From NCBI GenBank assembly GCA_026388655.1, contig JAPLJI010000138.1, forward strand, positions 471 to 64,470: DNA of 64,000 bases, written 5' to 3'. The translations under genes and the position numbers were made by a program. This stretch comes from Pseudomonadota bacterium (lineage in GTDB: Bacteria; Desulfobacterota; JAPLJL01). Positions 40,208 to 50,198 of the stretch are shown in pieces. Positions within the stretch are counted from its first letter, which is position 1; each line of letters begins with the position of its first letter. Under the pieces are notes generated by a model, which was given only the letters and a program-made list of their open reading frames with translations, was not told the origin of the DNA and ran no database searches.

Positions 40208-41733
40208 AGGTTCTTTTAGTTCAGCCGCCTCGATACTACTGGCCTTTTATTAGCGAAGGGGATAATTACCTTCTGCCTCAGGCCCTACCATATTTAGCCG
40301 GGGCGGTCCGGGAAAAGGGCTATGAGGTGAAGGTGATCGATTGCCTGCCGGAAAAAATAGGCTGGGAAAGCTTGGCCAAAATTATCAGTGAGGAAAAACC
40401 CCAGGTTGTGGCGGCGGGTGAAAGCCACGCTCTCTATGCCCACGAGGCGAACAGGTTATTTCGGCTGGCTAAAGAAATAGATCCTAAAATCATTACGGTG
40501 GCCGGCGGAGTTCATTTCACCAATTACGCGGATGGTTCTCTCGCCGGGAATCGGGATTTGGATTATATCGTGGTGGGGGAAGGCGAGGCTACTTTCCCCG
40601 CTCTCCTGGAGGGGTTGGCGGAGGGCGATGGCCATCACCAAGAAATACCCGGGATCGCTTTCCGAGAGGAAGATAAGATTTTCCATACACCTCCGCGCGC
40701 GCTGATTCCCGATCTCGACCAACTTCCTCTCCCTGCTTATGATCTTTTACCCATGGACCTTTACGGAAAATCCCGCCTGCTTTTTTCGCCGGGGGGGACC
40801 ACGATCCATCATAGCCGGGGTTGTGTCAGTCAATGTAAGTTTTGCGTTTGGTGGGTGCAAATGGCTGAGCGTACGGAACAAAATGGGCAAATTGTTCTTA
40901 ACCCGAAGTGGCGGACTAAATCCGTGGAGCGAACCATATCAGAGATCGAAATCCTTTCCAGGAAATATCGGAAAAATTGCCTGGTTTTTACGGACGACAC
41001 TTGGAATGTTGATCCTCAATGGAATGAGACTTTTGCGGAAGCGTTGATTCGGGAGAACCTGGGGATCAAATGGTTTGCCTTTATGCGGGCCGATTTTATC
41101 CTGCGGGATGAGCAGGAAGGCATTTTTGAAAAGATGGTCAGGTCCGGTCTCTCTCACGTTTGCATCGGAGTGGAGCGGGCCGAGGACGACCAGTTAAAGG
41201 ATTTCGGAAAGAATTTTTATTCCGCCGATAAAACCCGCCGATGCTTTGAGCTTTTACGCCGGAAATACCCAAGTGTCTTCCGTCAGGCCACTTTCATTGT
41301 CGGAACTAGAGAAGAAACCCGGGAATCGATGCAATCCCAGCTTGAATTTGCCAAAGAGCTAAAGGCAGATTACCCGGCTTTCCACCCCCTTACCCCGGTT
41401 CCGGGCACTGAACTTTGGGAGGAAGCGAACCACAACGGCTGGATCGAGGTTAAGGATTTTCGGAGCTATGACTGGATGACACCGGTAATGTCTTCCCGAT
41501 TCCTTACCCGTCCGGAGATCGAGCGGGGGTTGCTGGAGCTTAATTGGCGGTTTGTTCGAGCAAGCTGGCTGCTCAAAGGCTTATTCAGCCGGGGGGCTTA
41601 TAAAAGGAACCTTTATCTCTGGTGGATCTGGGTCGTACTGAAATTATCCTGGAATTCTTTCTGGCAGCGTTTCAACCCTTTTTCCCGAAAGGAATTCACC
41701 GGCTTGAAGAAACCCGCCTGGTACGATGATTAG
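40204..41733 (+). CDS. B12-binding radical SAM protein
   Basis: MKVLLVQPP.... HHSRGCVSQCKFC. Confidence 0.75.
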   Translation: MKVLLVQPPRYYWPFISEGDNYLLPQALPYLAGAVREKGYEVKVIDCLPEKIGWESLAKIISEEKPQVVAAGESHALYAHEANRLFRLAKEIDPKIITVAGGVHFTNYADGSLAGNRDLDYIVVGEGEATFPALLEGLAEGDGHHQEIPGIAFREEDKIFHTPPRALIPDLDQLPLPAYDLLPMDLYGKSRLLFSPGGTTIHHSRGCVSQCKFCVWWVQMAERTEQNGQIVLNPKWRTKSVERTISEIEILSRKYRKNCLVFTDDTWNVDPQWNETFAEALIRENLGIKWFAFMRADFILRDEQEGIFEKMVRSGLSHVCIGVERAEDDQLKDFGKNFYSADKTRRCFELLRRKYPSVFRQATFIVGTREETRESMQSQLEFAKELKADYPAFHPLTPVPGTELWEEANHNGWIEVKDFRSYDWMTPVMSSRFLTRPEIERGLLELNWRFVRASWLLKGLFSRGAYKRNLYLWWIWVVLKLSWNSFWQRFNPFSRKEFTGLKKPAWYDD

Positions 41734-41751
41734 GCCGACGGGTCTGAGCCG

Positions 41752-43155
41752 TTATCGAAGAAGGGCATAAACTCCCCGGACAATATCGCGCAGGGGAATG
41801 GTGCGAATCCGAAAAAACTGCCGAAGAATCATTCGAAGCCGGAAATAAAATTTCCGATGGGCTTTTTTCTGGAGCTCGATGAGGGTTTGCCCGGACAATC
41901 CAGGGGGAACATAGACCAAATCCGCCGGGTCGGGATTGAAGGTTGAAAAATTTTCCCAGTCCCTCCGATCCCAGCCGGTTTTGCGAAGATCTTCATATGC
42001 CCGGCTTCCCGGGAAAGGGACAAAGATGGCAAATTTGGCGAAGTCCAGATCCAACTCGGTTGCGTAATTTATCGTCCGGGTGATGGATTCCGAGCTTTCG
42101 CCGGGGAGCCCGATCATAAAAAGTCCAATGGTTTCCAAACCCGCTGCTTGGACTTGTTTGATAATGATTTTGGTTGTTTCGATTTTGGCTGCTTTCCCAA
42201 TTCGGTTAAGGGTGTCTTGGTGACCGGACTCGATCCCGAAGATCAACCTTCGGCAACCGGCTTCTTTGAGGGCGGCGATAATTTCCGGATCCAGACAATC
42301 GGGCCGGGTCTCGGTGGTCCAGATTACCTTTTGGGAGGCTTTGCGATTCACCATCTCCCGGCAAAAATCGAGACCATCGTTTTTGTTCAAAGGGAAGATC
42401 GCGTCCACGAACCCAAACTGGCGGATTTTAAAACGATCAATCAGATATTCAATCTCATCAACAACCTTTTCCGGTTTTCGTTTTCGATATTTGTTCCCCC
42501 AGTAAGTAACCGAGCAAAAACTGCATTGGTAGGGGCAGCCCCGGGAACCCAGCACGGTTAAGATCGGTTTTTTTATATCGGCGAAAGGGAAAAGTCCATA
42601 TTTTTCAACCGGGAAAAGATGCCAGGCCGGGAAGGGGAGGACATCCAAGTCGGAAAGCGGGATGTGTTTTTTATTACGCCGGATTTCACCATTTTTTAAC
42701 TTATAGGATATGCTTTCCAAACCGTCCCAGGTTTGTGAGTCTCGAATTGCCCGGGCCAGGTTGAGCATCGGGAGTTCCCCTTCTCCGTGAATAATCACAT
42801 CTATTCCTTGCCGGAGCAGTTCATCCGCGAAATAACTGGCATGTACGTTGCCAAGGGCAATATTGGCATCGGGAAAGTTTTGTTTAAGGGTTTGGGCGAG
42901 TTTGAATACATAGGGGGCGGAGGGAGTAAGGCAGGAGATCCCGACCAAAGCCGGCTGGATCTGCCGAGCTTTCCTCACGATTTTTTCAATTCCGTAATGA
43001 AGGGCAAAATCATCAATCACCTCCACCGGGAAACCGTCTTTCTCAAGAATAGAGGCAATATAAGCCAGGCCGATTCCCGGCATCGGTTCCATCAGTCGGG
43101 AAAATTTCCCGAATTTTTGGAGATTCATGCCGGGATTAATGAGAAGAATTTTCAT
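41752..43155 (-). CDS. B12-binding radical SAM protein
   Basis: MKILLINPG.... LGSRGCPYQCSFC. Confidence 0.8.
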   Translation of the reverse strand: MKILLINPGMNLQKFGKFSRLMEPMPGIGLAYIASILEKDGFPVEVIDDFALHYGIEKIVRKARQIQPALVGISCLTPSAPYVFKLAQTLKQNFPDANIALGNVHASYFADELLRQGIDVIIHGEGELPMLNLARAIRDSQTWDGLESISYKLKNGEIRRNKKHIPLSDLDVLPFPAWHLFPVEKYGLFPFADIKKPILTVLGSRGCPYQCSFCSVTYWGNKYRKRKPEKVVDEIEYLIDRFKIRQFGFVDAIFPLNKNDGLDFCREMVNRKASQKVIWTTETRPDCLDPEIIAALKEAGCRRLIFGIESGHQDTLNRIGKAAKIETTKIIIKQVQAAGLETIGLFMIGLPGESSESITRTINYATELDLDFAKFAIFVPFPGSRAYEDLRKTGWDRRDWENFSTFNPDPADLVYVPPGLSGQTLIELQKKAHRKFYFRLRMILRQFFRIRTIPLRDIVRGVYALLR

Positions 43156-43239
43156 GACTGAGATCTTATTACTTTAACCCGATAATTCAAAATCTTTTCA
43201 TGAGAAGGCCAGAAACTGGTAAGGCGGATTTACCCGGAA

Positions 43240-43430
43240 ATGAATTTTCGAATTATGTAGTTGCCCGATTTACTTGTCCCGACTTCAGAGGGATTTATCC
43301 CGACAACGGAGGATCCGGCTCTTTTTAAAAACGCCGATTCCGCCTAGCTAGTGACGGGACACGTGAATCGGCAGACTACAAAAATATCCGCTCGCGAAAG
43401 ACGGTAGTACGAATCCAACTGCATTTTTCG
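43240..43430 (+). repeat. Conserved noncoding element, copy 2 of 2 (see 17225-17400)
   Basis: attatgtagttgcccgatttacttgtcccgacttcagagggatttatc ... ctctttttaaaaacgccgattcc ... gtgaatcggcagac. No ORF. It lies in a 300 bp gap between two minus-strand rSAM genes. Confidence 0.4.
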
Positions 43431-43456
43431 GGTTCAAATGATTTCGGACTTCCGAA

Positions 43457-44893
43457 TTATTCGGCTTTATAACGGAGGCCGGACCGGGAGGAGCCGAACC
43501 TTTCCCGGGTGGATTTAACAGCAAAGAAGATAAATTCGATATAGCTCCGGAGGAGGAACGGATTATTCAGGATCTTCTTCAAGGTCCGGAAGAAATAGCG
43601 GGGATTAAAATAAAAAGGGAAGAACATTTTGCGGTGGAAGGCCAGCAGTTCCTTTTGATCCAGCTGGTAGGTTCGCATGACCGGAACGGAATGCGTCCAG
43701 CGATTGGTATCGTGATCGAAAAGCAATCCGGAGTCCTTTACCTGTTCAAATAAATCTGTCCCCGGGTAGGGAGCGGCGAAATGGATGTTAATAAAATCGG
43801 CGTCGAGCCGGGAGATAAATTTCATTTCTTGGGAAAGTGAGTCGCGGGTTTCCCACGGGAAGCCGATCACGAAATGACATTGAGTAGTGATCCCGTGGGC
43901 GCTGACGGTTTTCAGGGTTTGCAGGATCTCGGATGGATTTATCTTTTTCCCGATCCGCTCCTGAGACTCCGGGAGGTTCGTTTCGATCCCGAAGGATAAA
44001 AACCGGCAGCCTCCGGATTTCAGGACTTTCAGAAAAGACTCATCGATACTATCCACCCGGGCAAATGAACCCCATTGGATTTTTAAATCCCGGCGGGCGA
44101 TCTCCTCGCAGATTTCCTGTATTCTGGGCCGGTTGAGGGTGGGCTCCTCGTCCCGGAAAAAGATCAGATTGGCCTGGTATTTTTCCTGGACATATTCAAT
44201 TTCCGCGATGATACTGGCGGCGGATCGGGCGATCCAGCGCCGTCCCCAGTGGGAGGGACTGTTGCAGAAACTGCAGTTAAAAGGGCAGCCGCGCGAGGAG
44301 CAAATACTGCATGCTTTTTGCCTGGAAATGGGAAGGTCGAGAAATATTTGCAGGTTGTAACGGCGTAACGGGAGGCCGTCTCGTTGGGGGAAAGGGAGCG
44401 CATCAAGATCGGTGATTCTTTCCCGGGGAGGATTGACCTGGACCTGATGATTGCGATTTAAAAAAGCAATCCCTTTGATATCATCCAATTCTTTTTCTGA
44501 TTCCCAGGAAGCCAAGATTTCGAGCAGGGTTAATTCCCCTTCACCCCTCACCACCAGATCAATCCCTTTTTCCTGGACGATTTCAGGGACAGCGGTGGCG
44601 TGAACCCCGCCAAAGATGGTCCGAATGTCCAGTTCACTTTTTAACAATCGGGCGATTCGCAGCCCGTTTTTATAATTTTCCGTCAGGCAGGAAAAACCCA
44701 CTACCTCGGGCTGAAAATCCCGGGCCAAATTCAAAATCTCCAGGCTGGATGGTTCCTGGAAATTCAATTGGTGAATAATTTTAACCTGGTGGCCGGCTTT
44801 CTCGGCATAGGCGGCGAGGGAGCAGAGTCCGAGCGGTTCGAGAAAGGTACGGTTCCTGATCTGACTATCCGGCTCGATTAAAAGAATCCTCAT
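43457..44893 (-). CDS. B12-binding radical SAM protein
   Basis: MRILLIEPD.... CSSRGCPFNCSFC. Confidence 0.8.
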   Translation of the reverse strand: MRILLIEPDSQIRNRTFLEPLGLCSLAAYAEKAGHQVKIIHQLNFQEPSSLEILNLARDFQPEVVGFSCLTENYKNGLRIARLLKSELDIRTIFGGVHATAVPEIVQEKGIDLVVRGEGELTLLEILASWESEKELDDIKGIAFLNRNHQVQVNPPRERITDLDALPFPQRDGLPLRRYNLQIFLDLPISRQKACSICSSRGCPFNCSFCNSPSHWGRRWIARSAASIIAEIEYVQEKYQANLIFFRDEEPTLNRPRIQEICEEIARRDLKIQWGSFARVDSIDESFLKVLKSGGCRFLSFGIETNLPESQERIGKKINPSEILQTLKTVSAHGITTQCHFVIGFPWETRDSLSQEMKFISRLDADFINIHFAAPYPGTDLFEQVKDSGLLFDHDTNRWTHSVPVMRTYQLDQKELLAFHRKMFFPFYFNPRYFFRTLKKILNNPFLLRSYIEFIFFAVKSTRERFGSSRSGLRYKAE

Positions 44894-44942
44894 AAATAAA
44901 TCCCCGGAGGATTAAAAAGCGGGCGAAATTCAGGCGAAAAAT

Positions 44943-46265
44943 TCAGGTTTTATTTCGGAACAAACTGATCCCGCTCCTGATATTGTCCCAGAGTTGCGAT
45001 AGTGACTTGATCCCGGCAAGGTGATGATACATGATCCGGGGCCGCAAGTAGAATTTCCGGTGGGCCCGTCTTAATATCTTAATCCTTTGTTTCCCGCTCA
45101 AAGGAATATGATCAATGGTCGGGATCGCGGTTGCGGAACGGCTGAAAAGTATATTGAAAGACATGTAATCACAACCGGAATTGATGGCGAAATTTATGGT
45201 GTCTTGGACGGAATCCGGACTTTCGCCTGGGAGTCCCAGGATGAAATGGGCGAGGATTTTGATTTTCGATTCCCGGCAGGCCTGAAACAGAGCGCGAATT
45301 TCTTCATTGGAGATGGTCATTTTATGGATCTTCCGGACCTCCTCATTCCCATTTTCGATCCCAAACATAATCAGAAAGCATCCGGATTGTCTCATCAATT
45401 GGAGAAATTGGGGAGTAATCGTGTCGGGACGGGAATGGCAGATCCAGTTAAAATAAAGATTTTCCGCTTTCATCCGGTTGATTAAATCAAGGGTATGCGG
45501 AAGAACATTGGTCAGGCTGGAGTCCCGGAAAACCAGATTGTTGATTTTCAGGGATTGCAGGTGATGCAGCTCTTCGATAATATTCTCGACTTTTCGGAGA
45601 CGGAACCCCATCTCGGGGACGGGGCAGAAATAGCAGGAATAAGGACAGCCATAACTGGTATATGAACTTCCCCAGAGCCCGGGGTTTCCAAAGGGGAGGG
45701 AATAGCGACTGATCGGGAAAAGTTCGTACTTGGCAGCCGGAACCTCGAAAGGATCAGCGGGGCGAATCCGAGGACCGGACACAATCTCGTGGTTATTCCG
45801 GTAAATCAGATTGGGAATGGTTACCCCGGGATGGTCGAGAAACTTCAGGATGGAATCCGAGATTAAATCCAAGAGGATTCCATCAAGGAAAAGGTTTTCC
45901 CGAAAGATTTTTTCTCCCTGGAATTGGAGCATGTCGCCGGAGCCGATGAGGACGGGATGAAATCCGGTTTTGAGCTGCCGTAAAAAATCGCGATCCTCTT
46001 CCCAGGAAAGAGAGCTGGTGAGAAAAAATATCAGGTCCGGCTGGAATCGCTCGATTTCCCCGAGGGTTTTTTGAGGGGAAAGCCCGGAGGCAATCGCGTC
46101 AATCACCTTAAGGAAATGAATCTGGGAAAGGATACCGCTTTGCAGCAGCAGGTCCCCGGGCGGCCATACATATCGGGCCTTGGCGACATTGGGACAATAA
46201 TAATCACGAAGGTAGCTTTTCTTTCCGGGAGGATTGAGTAAGAGGATTTTCCGGGCGGGAGGCAT
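44943..46265 (-). CDS. B12-binding radical SAM protein (subfamily III)
   Basis: KILLLNPPGKKSYLRDYYC. YTSYGCPYSCYFC. Confidence 0.7.
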   Translation of the reverse strand: MPPARKILLLNPPGKKSYLRDYYCPNVAKARYVWPPGDLLLQSGILSQIHFLKVIDAIASGLSPQKTLGEIERFQPDLIFFLTSSLSWEEDRDFLRQLKTGFHPVLIGSGDMLQFQGEKIFRENLFLDGILLDLISDSILKFLDHPGVTIPNLIYRNNHEIVSGPRIRPADPFEVPAAKYELFPISRYSLPFGNPGLWGSSYTSYGCPYSCYFCPVPEMGFRLRKVENIIEELHHLQSLKINNLVFRDSSLTNVLPHTLDLINRMKAENLYFNWICHSRPDTITPQFLQLMRQSGCFLIMFGIENGNEEVRKIHKMTISNEEIRALFQACRESKIKILAHFILGLPGESPDSVQDTINFAINSGCDYMSFNILFSRSATAIPTIDHIPLSGKQRIKILRRAHRKFYLRPRIMYHHLAGIKSLSQLWDNIRSGISLFRNKT

Positions 46266-46291
46266 TGGCGCCAGTTTAAGTAATGTTCTAA

Positions 46292-47674
46292 CTATTGCAA
46301 AAGTTCATTCTTAAAACATTGAGATAACCGTTGGGCGGATTCCAAAGTGAGGTAAGGGGATAAAAATCCTAGGTTCATTTCGATTGAACCGTTGAAACTT
46401 GTAACGGTGACGGTGTATCCCCAAGGGAAAATGCGGGGCGAAAGCAGGGAGAGACGCAGAAGCTTAGCTCCGCCCCAGTCGGAAAGCGTGGGGTCAATAA
46501 TTCCCAGGTTCGTAACTCCATTTCGAAGGTGGGAAGGTGAATGAATCCGCCGGCCGAACCAGTGGAAAAATCCTTTCACCATCGGGTAAGGCAGGATTCG
46601 GCTGCAGGCGAGAGGAAGGAGATAAGGCAACCCCGGGTTCCGGGATTTTATCCGGGAGGTTTGGGCTTTCACCTCAGCCACGGTTTGCGGGAAGGAGCCG
46701 AGTTCGGATCTGGGCACCGAGATGATTTCAATTCCACTCATATTGGCGAGCATCGCCGGATGTCCGAAAGTGCCGCGAAGATCTACCGCCATTAAAATTT
46801 CAGGATTTCCTTCGCCCTGGAAAGGATTCAAGTCGCTCCGGAAAAAAGTCCGGACCGCGGCCGCCAAAATAATATCATTAATCTTAACCTCGTATCTCCG
46901 GGCCCGGTTGTGAATTGCCAGGGCTTCATCCGGGGGAAAAAACAAATTAAGCCAGTGGAGGCGAGAATCATGACCAAGAGCAGCTGGCTTCGCGGAGGCA
47001 GAAGGCAGGAGTTGCCCGGGGTGGAATTTATGCCGGGAGGCCCAGGCCAGGGAAAAGAGGCGGAACAATATTCCAGGCCAACGGTGGATGCCGGCCTTAA
47101 GGTAGCGCGGGAAAAACCCCCGGTTTTCGGCCGGGGGGGGTTCCCGGGCATTTTCATCGGCAGGATCAAGATAACACCGGCGCATCTCATTAAGCAGAAA
47201 AAGCAGACCTTTTCCATCGGAAAAGCCATGGTGGGATTTGATTATCATTCGACTCTGGTTTGGGCCTGAAGAGAAGAGAATCCGGATCGGGGGTTGGGAG
47301 GTAAGATCCAGGCGGGAGTTAACGAAATCAATGACAGCTGGATCTTTCTCTTCCGGAAGGAAAGCGGTTGGTTTTGAACGCGATGGAAGAATTATTTTGT
47401 CAGGATCCGGAACAGGTTCAATTTGCCAACGGTCTCTTAAACTAAAGAGATCATTAATATTAAGTGTTCCCCCCGTAAGGGGAAAACGATTCAACAGCTT
47501 AGTGACCGCTTGACGCAGTCTTTGGGGTTCCAGGGGACGGTCAAAATGAAGAAAAGCGTGAATATGGAAGGGAGGGAAAGAACGGACCGAGTCTATCGCC
47601 CAAGCGACGCGGTCAAAGGCGACGGCAGGTAAAGACCTCCGCGGGGGAGAGGTGTTTCTGGACAAGTTTTTCAT
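46292..47674 (-). CDS. HHxxxDG-motif acyltransferase (CoA-dependent acyltransferase superfamily; WS/DGAT-, PapA5- or condensation-domain-like)
   Basis: SHHGFSDGKG at about residue 148 of 460, the position typical of WS/DGAT and condensation domains. The rest of the protein is unrecognised. Confidence 0.4.
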   Translation of the reverse strand: MKNLSRNTSPPRRSLPAVAFDRVAWAIDSVRSFPPFHIHAFLHFDRPLEPQRLRQAVTKLLNRFPLTGGTLNINDLFSLRDRWQIEPVPDPDKIILPSRSKPTAFLPEEKDPAVIDFVNSRLDLTSQPPIRILFSSGPNQSRMIIKSHHGFSDGKGLLFLLNEMRRCYLDPADENAREPPPAENRGFFPRYLKAGIHRWPGILFRLFSLAWASRHKFHPGQLLPSASAKPAALGHDSRLHWLNLFFPPDEALAIHNRARRYEVKINDIILAAAVRTFFRSDLNPFQGEGNPEILMAVDLRGTFGHPAMLANMSGIEIISVPRSELGSFPQTVAEVKAQTSRIKSRNPGLPYLLPLACSRILPYPMVKGFFHWFGRRIHSPSHLRNGVTNLGIIDPTLSDWGGAKLLRLSLLSPRIFPWGYTVTVTSFNGSIEMNLGFLSPYLTLESAQRLSQCFKNELLQ

Positions 47675-47911
47675 TGCCGTCGGGTTATCTCAAGATGTTC
47701 TATTTCCGATGGTGCGCTTATAATTTCAAGATTGCATCCCCACGATAATATCGGCGGGAAAATGATATCGGCTCGGGAAATCAACTTGGGACGGGTTGGG
47801 CATCTCAGGCAAGCTACCTCAAAATATCTTTATTATAGGGTATCATGGATTTCAATTATAATAAATTCCAAATATATTTTCGGGGATAATAAGAAAAGGA
47901 ATTAAATAAAT

Positions 47912-49516
47912 TTGGTTCCAACCAACTGGAAAAGTTTGTTCCCCGGGCAAAAAAATAACACGCTGGCCCTGATCCTGATTTTAGGGGCCTCCCTGGCGAT
48001 TCGTTTACGGGGGCTCGATTTTCTATTTCCTTACTTCATCGTCAACGATGAAGGCTACATGGTAAATTCAGCCTTGAAAATTCTGCAGACCGGCGACCTG
48101 GATCCGGGCTTTTTCAAGTATGGCGGCTTCACGATTTATCTGACCGCGGCGCTTTATTTCATTTACTTCAAGGTTGTCGGTTGGTGGGGCGGCCCTATCG
48201 AAGCGATGCCGTTTTTCTATGAGGATCAAAATTTCATTCTTTTCATGTTGGGCCGAATCATGTGCGTCGGATTCGGCCTGCTCATCATCTGGACCGGATA
48301 TCTTCTGGGAAAAAGAGTTTTTGGTCGCGGGGTAGGGCTTCTAACCGCGATTTTGCTGGTCTTATCCCCTCTCCAGATCGATCGATCGCAGGTTTTTAAC
48401 GTGGATGGGATCATGACATTATTTATCTTGTTGTCGGTGTATTTCGCATTTGAGATTAAGGAAAGAGGCGGCTGGAAGGGATATCTCGGGGGAGGGATCT
48501 TTGCGGGGCTGGCCCTGGCCACGAAATACAATTTTGTCGCCATCGTGCCGGTTCTGGTGGGGCATTATTTCCGGGTGGGCCAAGATGGGAAAAGGTTTGG
48601 CCAGGCGGTTTTTGATCTTCGGTTGTGGGTTTCCATTTGTTTGTATTTATTCATATTCGCCTTTTTTAATCCTTATTTTTTCCTGAATTTATCGCATGTC
48701 CTGAAAGAGATGGTTTTTTTTCTGGGGATACATTTCAAACCCCAGCTTTCTTATTTACATTCGCTTATTTACCAAAAATATATTTTTCAGCTCTTTTTGC
48801 TTTTCCCGGCCATTTTTAGCCCGTTTCTTTACCTGGCCTCCTGGGTGGGAGTGGGCTGGCTGGTCCGTGAGGATAAGGCCAAACTAGTATTATTGCTATC
48901 CTTTCCTTTCTCTTATTTTTTGGTGCTAGGGGCAATATCATATGCCTCCTTCTATACGCATTATTTCCCGCTTCTTCCTTTCGTGGTTTTGCTGGGTTCT
49001 TACTTTTTTCAACAAGCCCTAAAAAGCCGGGTTTTATCCTTTCGAATTATCAGCGGAGGTCTCCTGGTTTTATCCCTGCTTTTTTACCTTTCGAATTTTT
49101 TCTTTCCCCAGTACCGGCCCCTTTTTGATATCCACCAGGACCTGGGAAAGTGGCTGGAACAAAGCGTAAAACCGGATGAAAAAGCAATCCTGACCGGCTG
49201 GTTTTTTCCTCCCTCACGAAGTTTCTGGCAGGGGCGATATCAACGGACGGCTCGGTCATCGGGTTTTAACGATGAGTTAATCAAGTCGGGCGGATACGAT
49301 TATATCGTGGTGTTAGCGGCTGAAACCTTGGAGAAAGACGCCGGATTTTTCCATTCTCAAGAGGGATGGGAAACCTCAGAAAAATTACGAGAGGGAAGAT
49401 TTAATTACCGGCTGGCCGAAACGATCAATTTTCCTCCGTGGTGGCAGAAGGGGGCGGAACTGGTTTTTCCTCTTCTCCGGGGTTACCGGTTTGAGATTTA
49501 CCGGAGGATGAAGTGA
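47912..49516 (+). CDS. GT-C fold membrane glycosyltransferase, PMT/ArnT-like
   Basis: TTG start. VNDEGYMVNSALKIL loop. FKYGGFTIYL. LATKYNF. 534 aa. Confidence 0.65.
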   Translation: MVPTNWKSLFPGQKNNTLALILILGASLAIRLRGLDFLFPYFIVNDEGYMVNSALKILQTGDLDPGFFKYGGFTIYLTAALYFIYFKVVGWWGGPIEAMPFFYEDQNFILFMLGRIMCVGFGLLIIWTGYLLGKRVFGRGVGLLTAILLVLSPLQIDRSQVFNVDGIMTLFILLSVYFAFEIKERGGWKGYLGGGIFAGLALATKYNFVAIVPVLVGHYFRVGQDGKRFGQAVFDLRLWVSICLYLFIFAFFNPYFFLNLSHVLKEMVFFLGIHFKPQLSYLHSLIYQKYIFQLFLLFPAIFSPFLYLASWVGVGWLVREDKAKLVLLLSFPFSYFLVLGAISYASFYTHYFPLLPFVVLLGSYFFQQALKSRVLSFRIISGGLLVLSLLFYLSNFFFPQYRPLFDIHQDLGKWLEQSVKPDEKAILTGWFFPPSRSFWQGRYQRTARSSGFNDELIKSGGYDYIVVLAAETLEKDAGFFHSQEGWETSEKLREGRFNYRLAETINFPPWWQKGAELVFPLLRGYRFEIYRRMK

Positions 49517-50154
49517 AACCGCGAAATAAAATCATCCTGGTGGTTCCGCCGGTGAAGCCCGGGGGGGATCGTTTTTTAACCTCTTCGGTCAATGCTCCCC
49601 ACATGGGATTGGCCTATCTGGCGGCGGTTTTACAACAGGATGGATTCACGGTGGAGGTTTTAGACGCGCAGATCGAAAAGCTCAGCTTGAGAGAATTCGC
49701 CCGGGCGGTGAAGAAGATTAATCCGGAGGTAGTGGGAATTACCGCTTTCACCGAACAGGTTGAGGAAGCCGGGTTGGCCGGCAGGATCATTAAGCGGATA
49801 AATCCGGATATTCCCGTAATCGTGGGGGGGTGCCATCCCACCGCCCTTCCGGAACTTACCTTGAAGGAATTCCCTGATTTTGATTTCGCGGTTTTTGGGG
49901 AAGGGGAGGTAACTTTTTTAGAGGCGGCCCGAGCTCTCCGGGAAGCGGGGTCATTAAGGGGGATTTTGGGGGTGGCCGGCCGGAAGGCCGGAGAGATCTG
50001 GGTTAATTCTCCCCGTCCCTTCCTCCCGGATTTGGATGCGCTGCCTTTCCCGGCCTTCGAGCTTTTTCCCTTAAAAAGGTATCCGGCTTCTTATCGCTTA
50101 TCGAAAAAATATCGGGAGATTCCCATCCAGGCGTCCCGGGGCTGTCCGTATTAA
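49513..50154 (+). pseudogene. Truncated B12-binding radical SAM gene. The N-terminal B12 domain only; the ORF stops immediately after ...QASRGCPY.
   Basis: 213 aa, highly similar to the N-terminus of the 22456 gene (FTEQVEEA, IVGGCHP). The stop falls inside the CxxxCxxC motif and the rest of the gene is absent. Confidence 0.6.
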
Positions 50155-50198
50155 GGTCGCACTACGAAAATGTTTAAAATGGTGATTGAATAATAACG

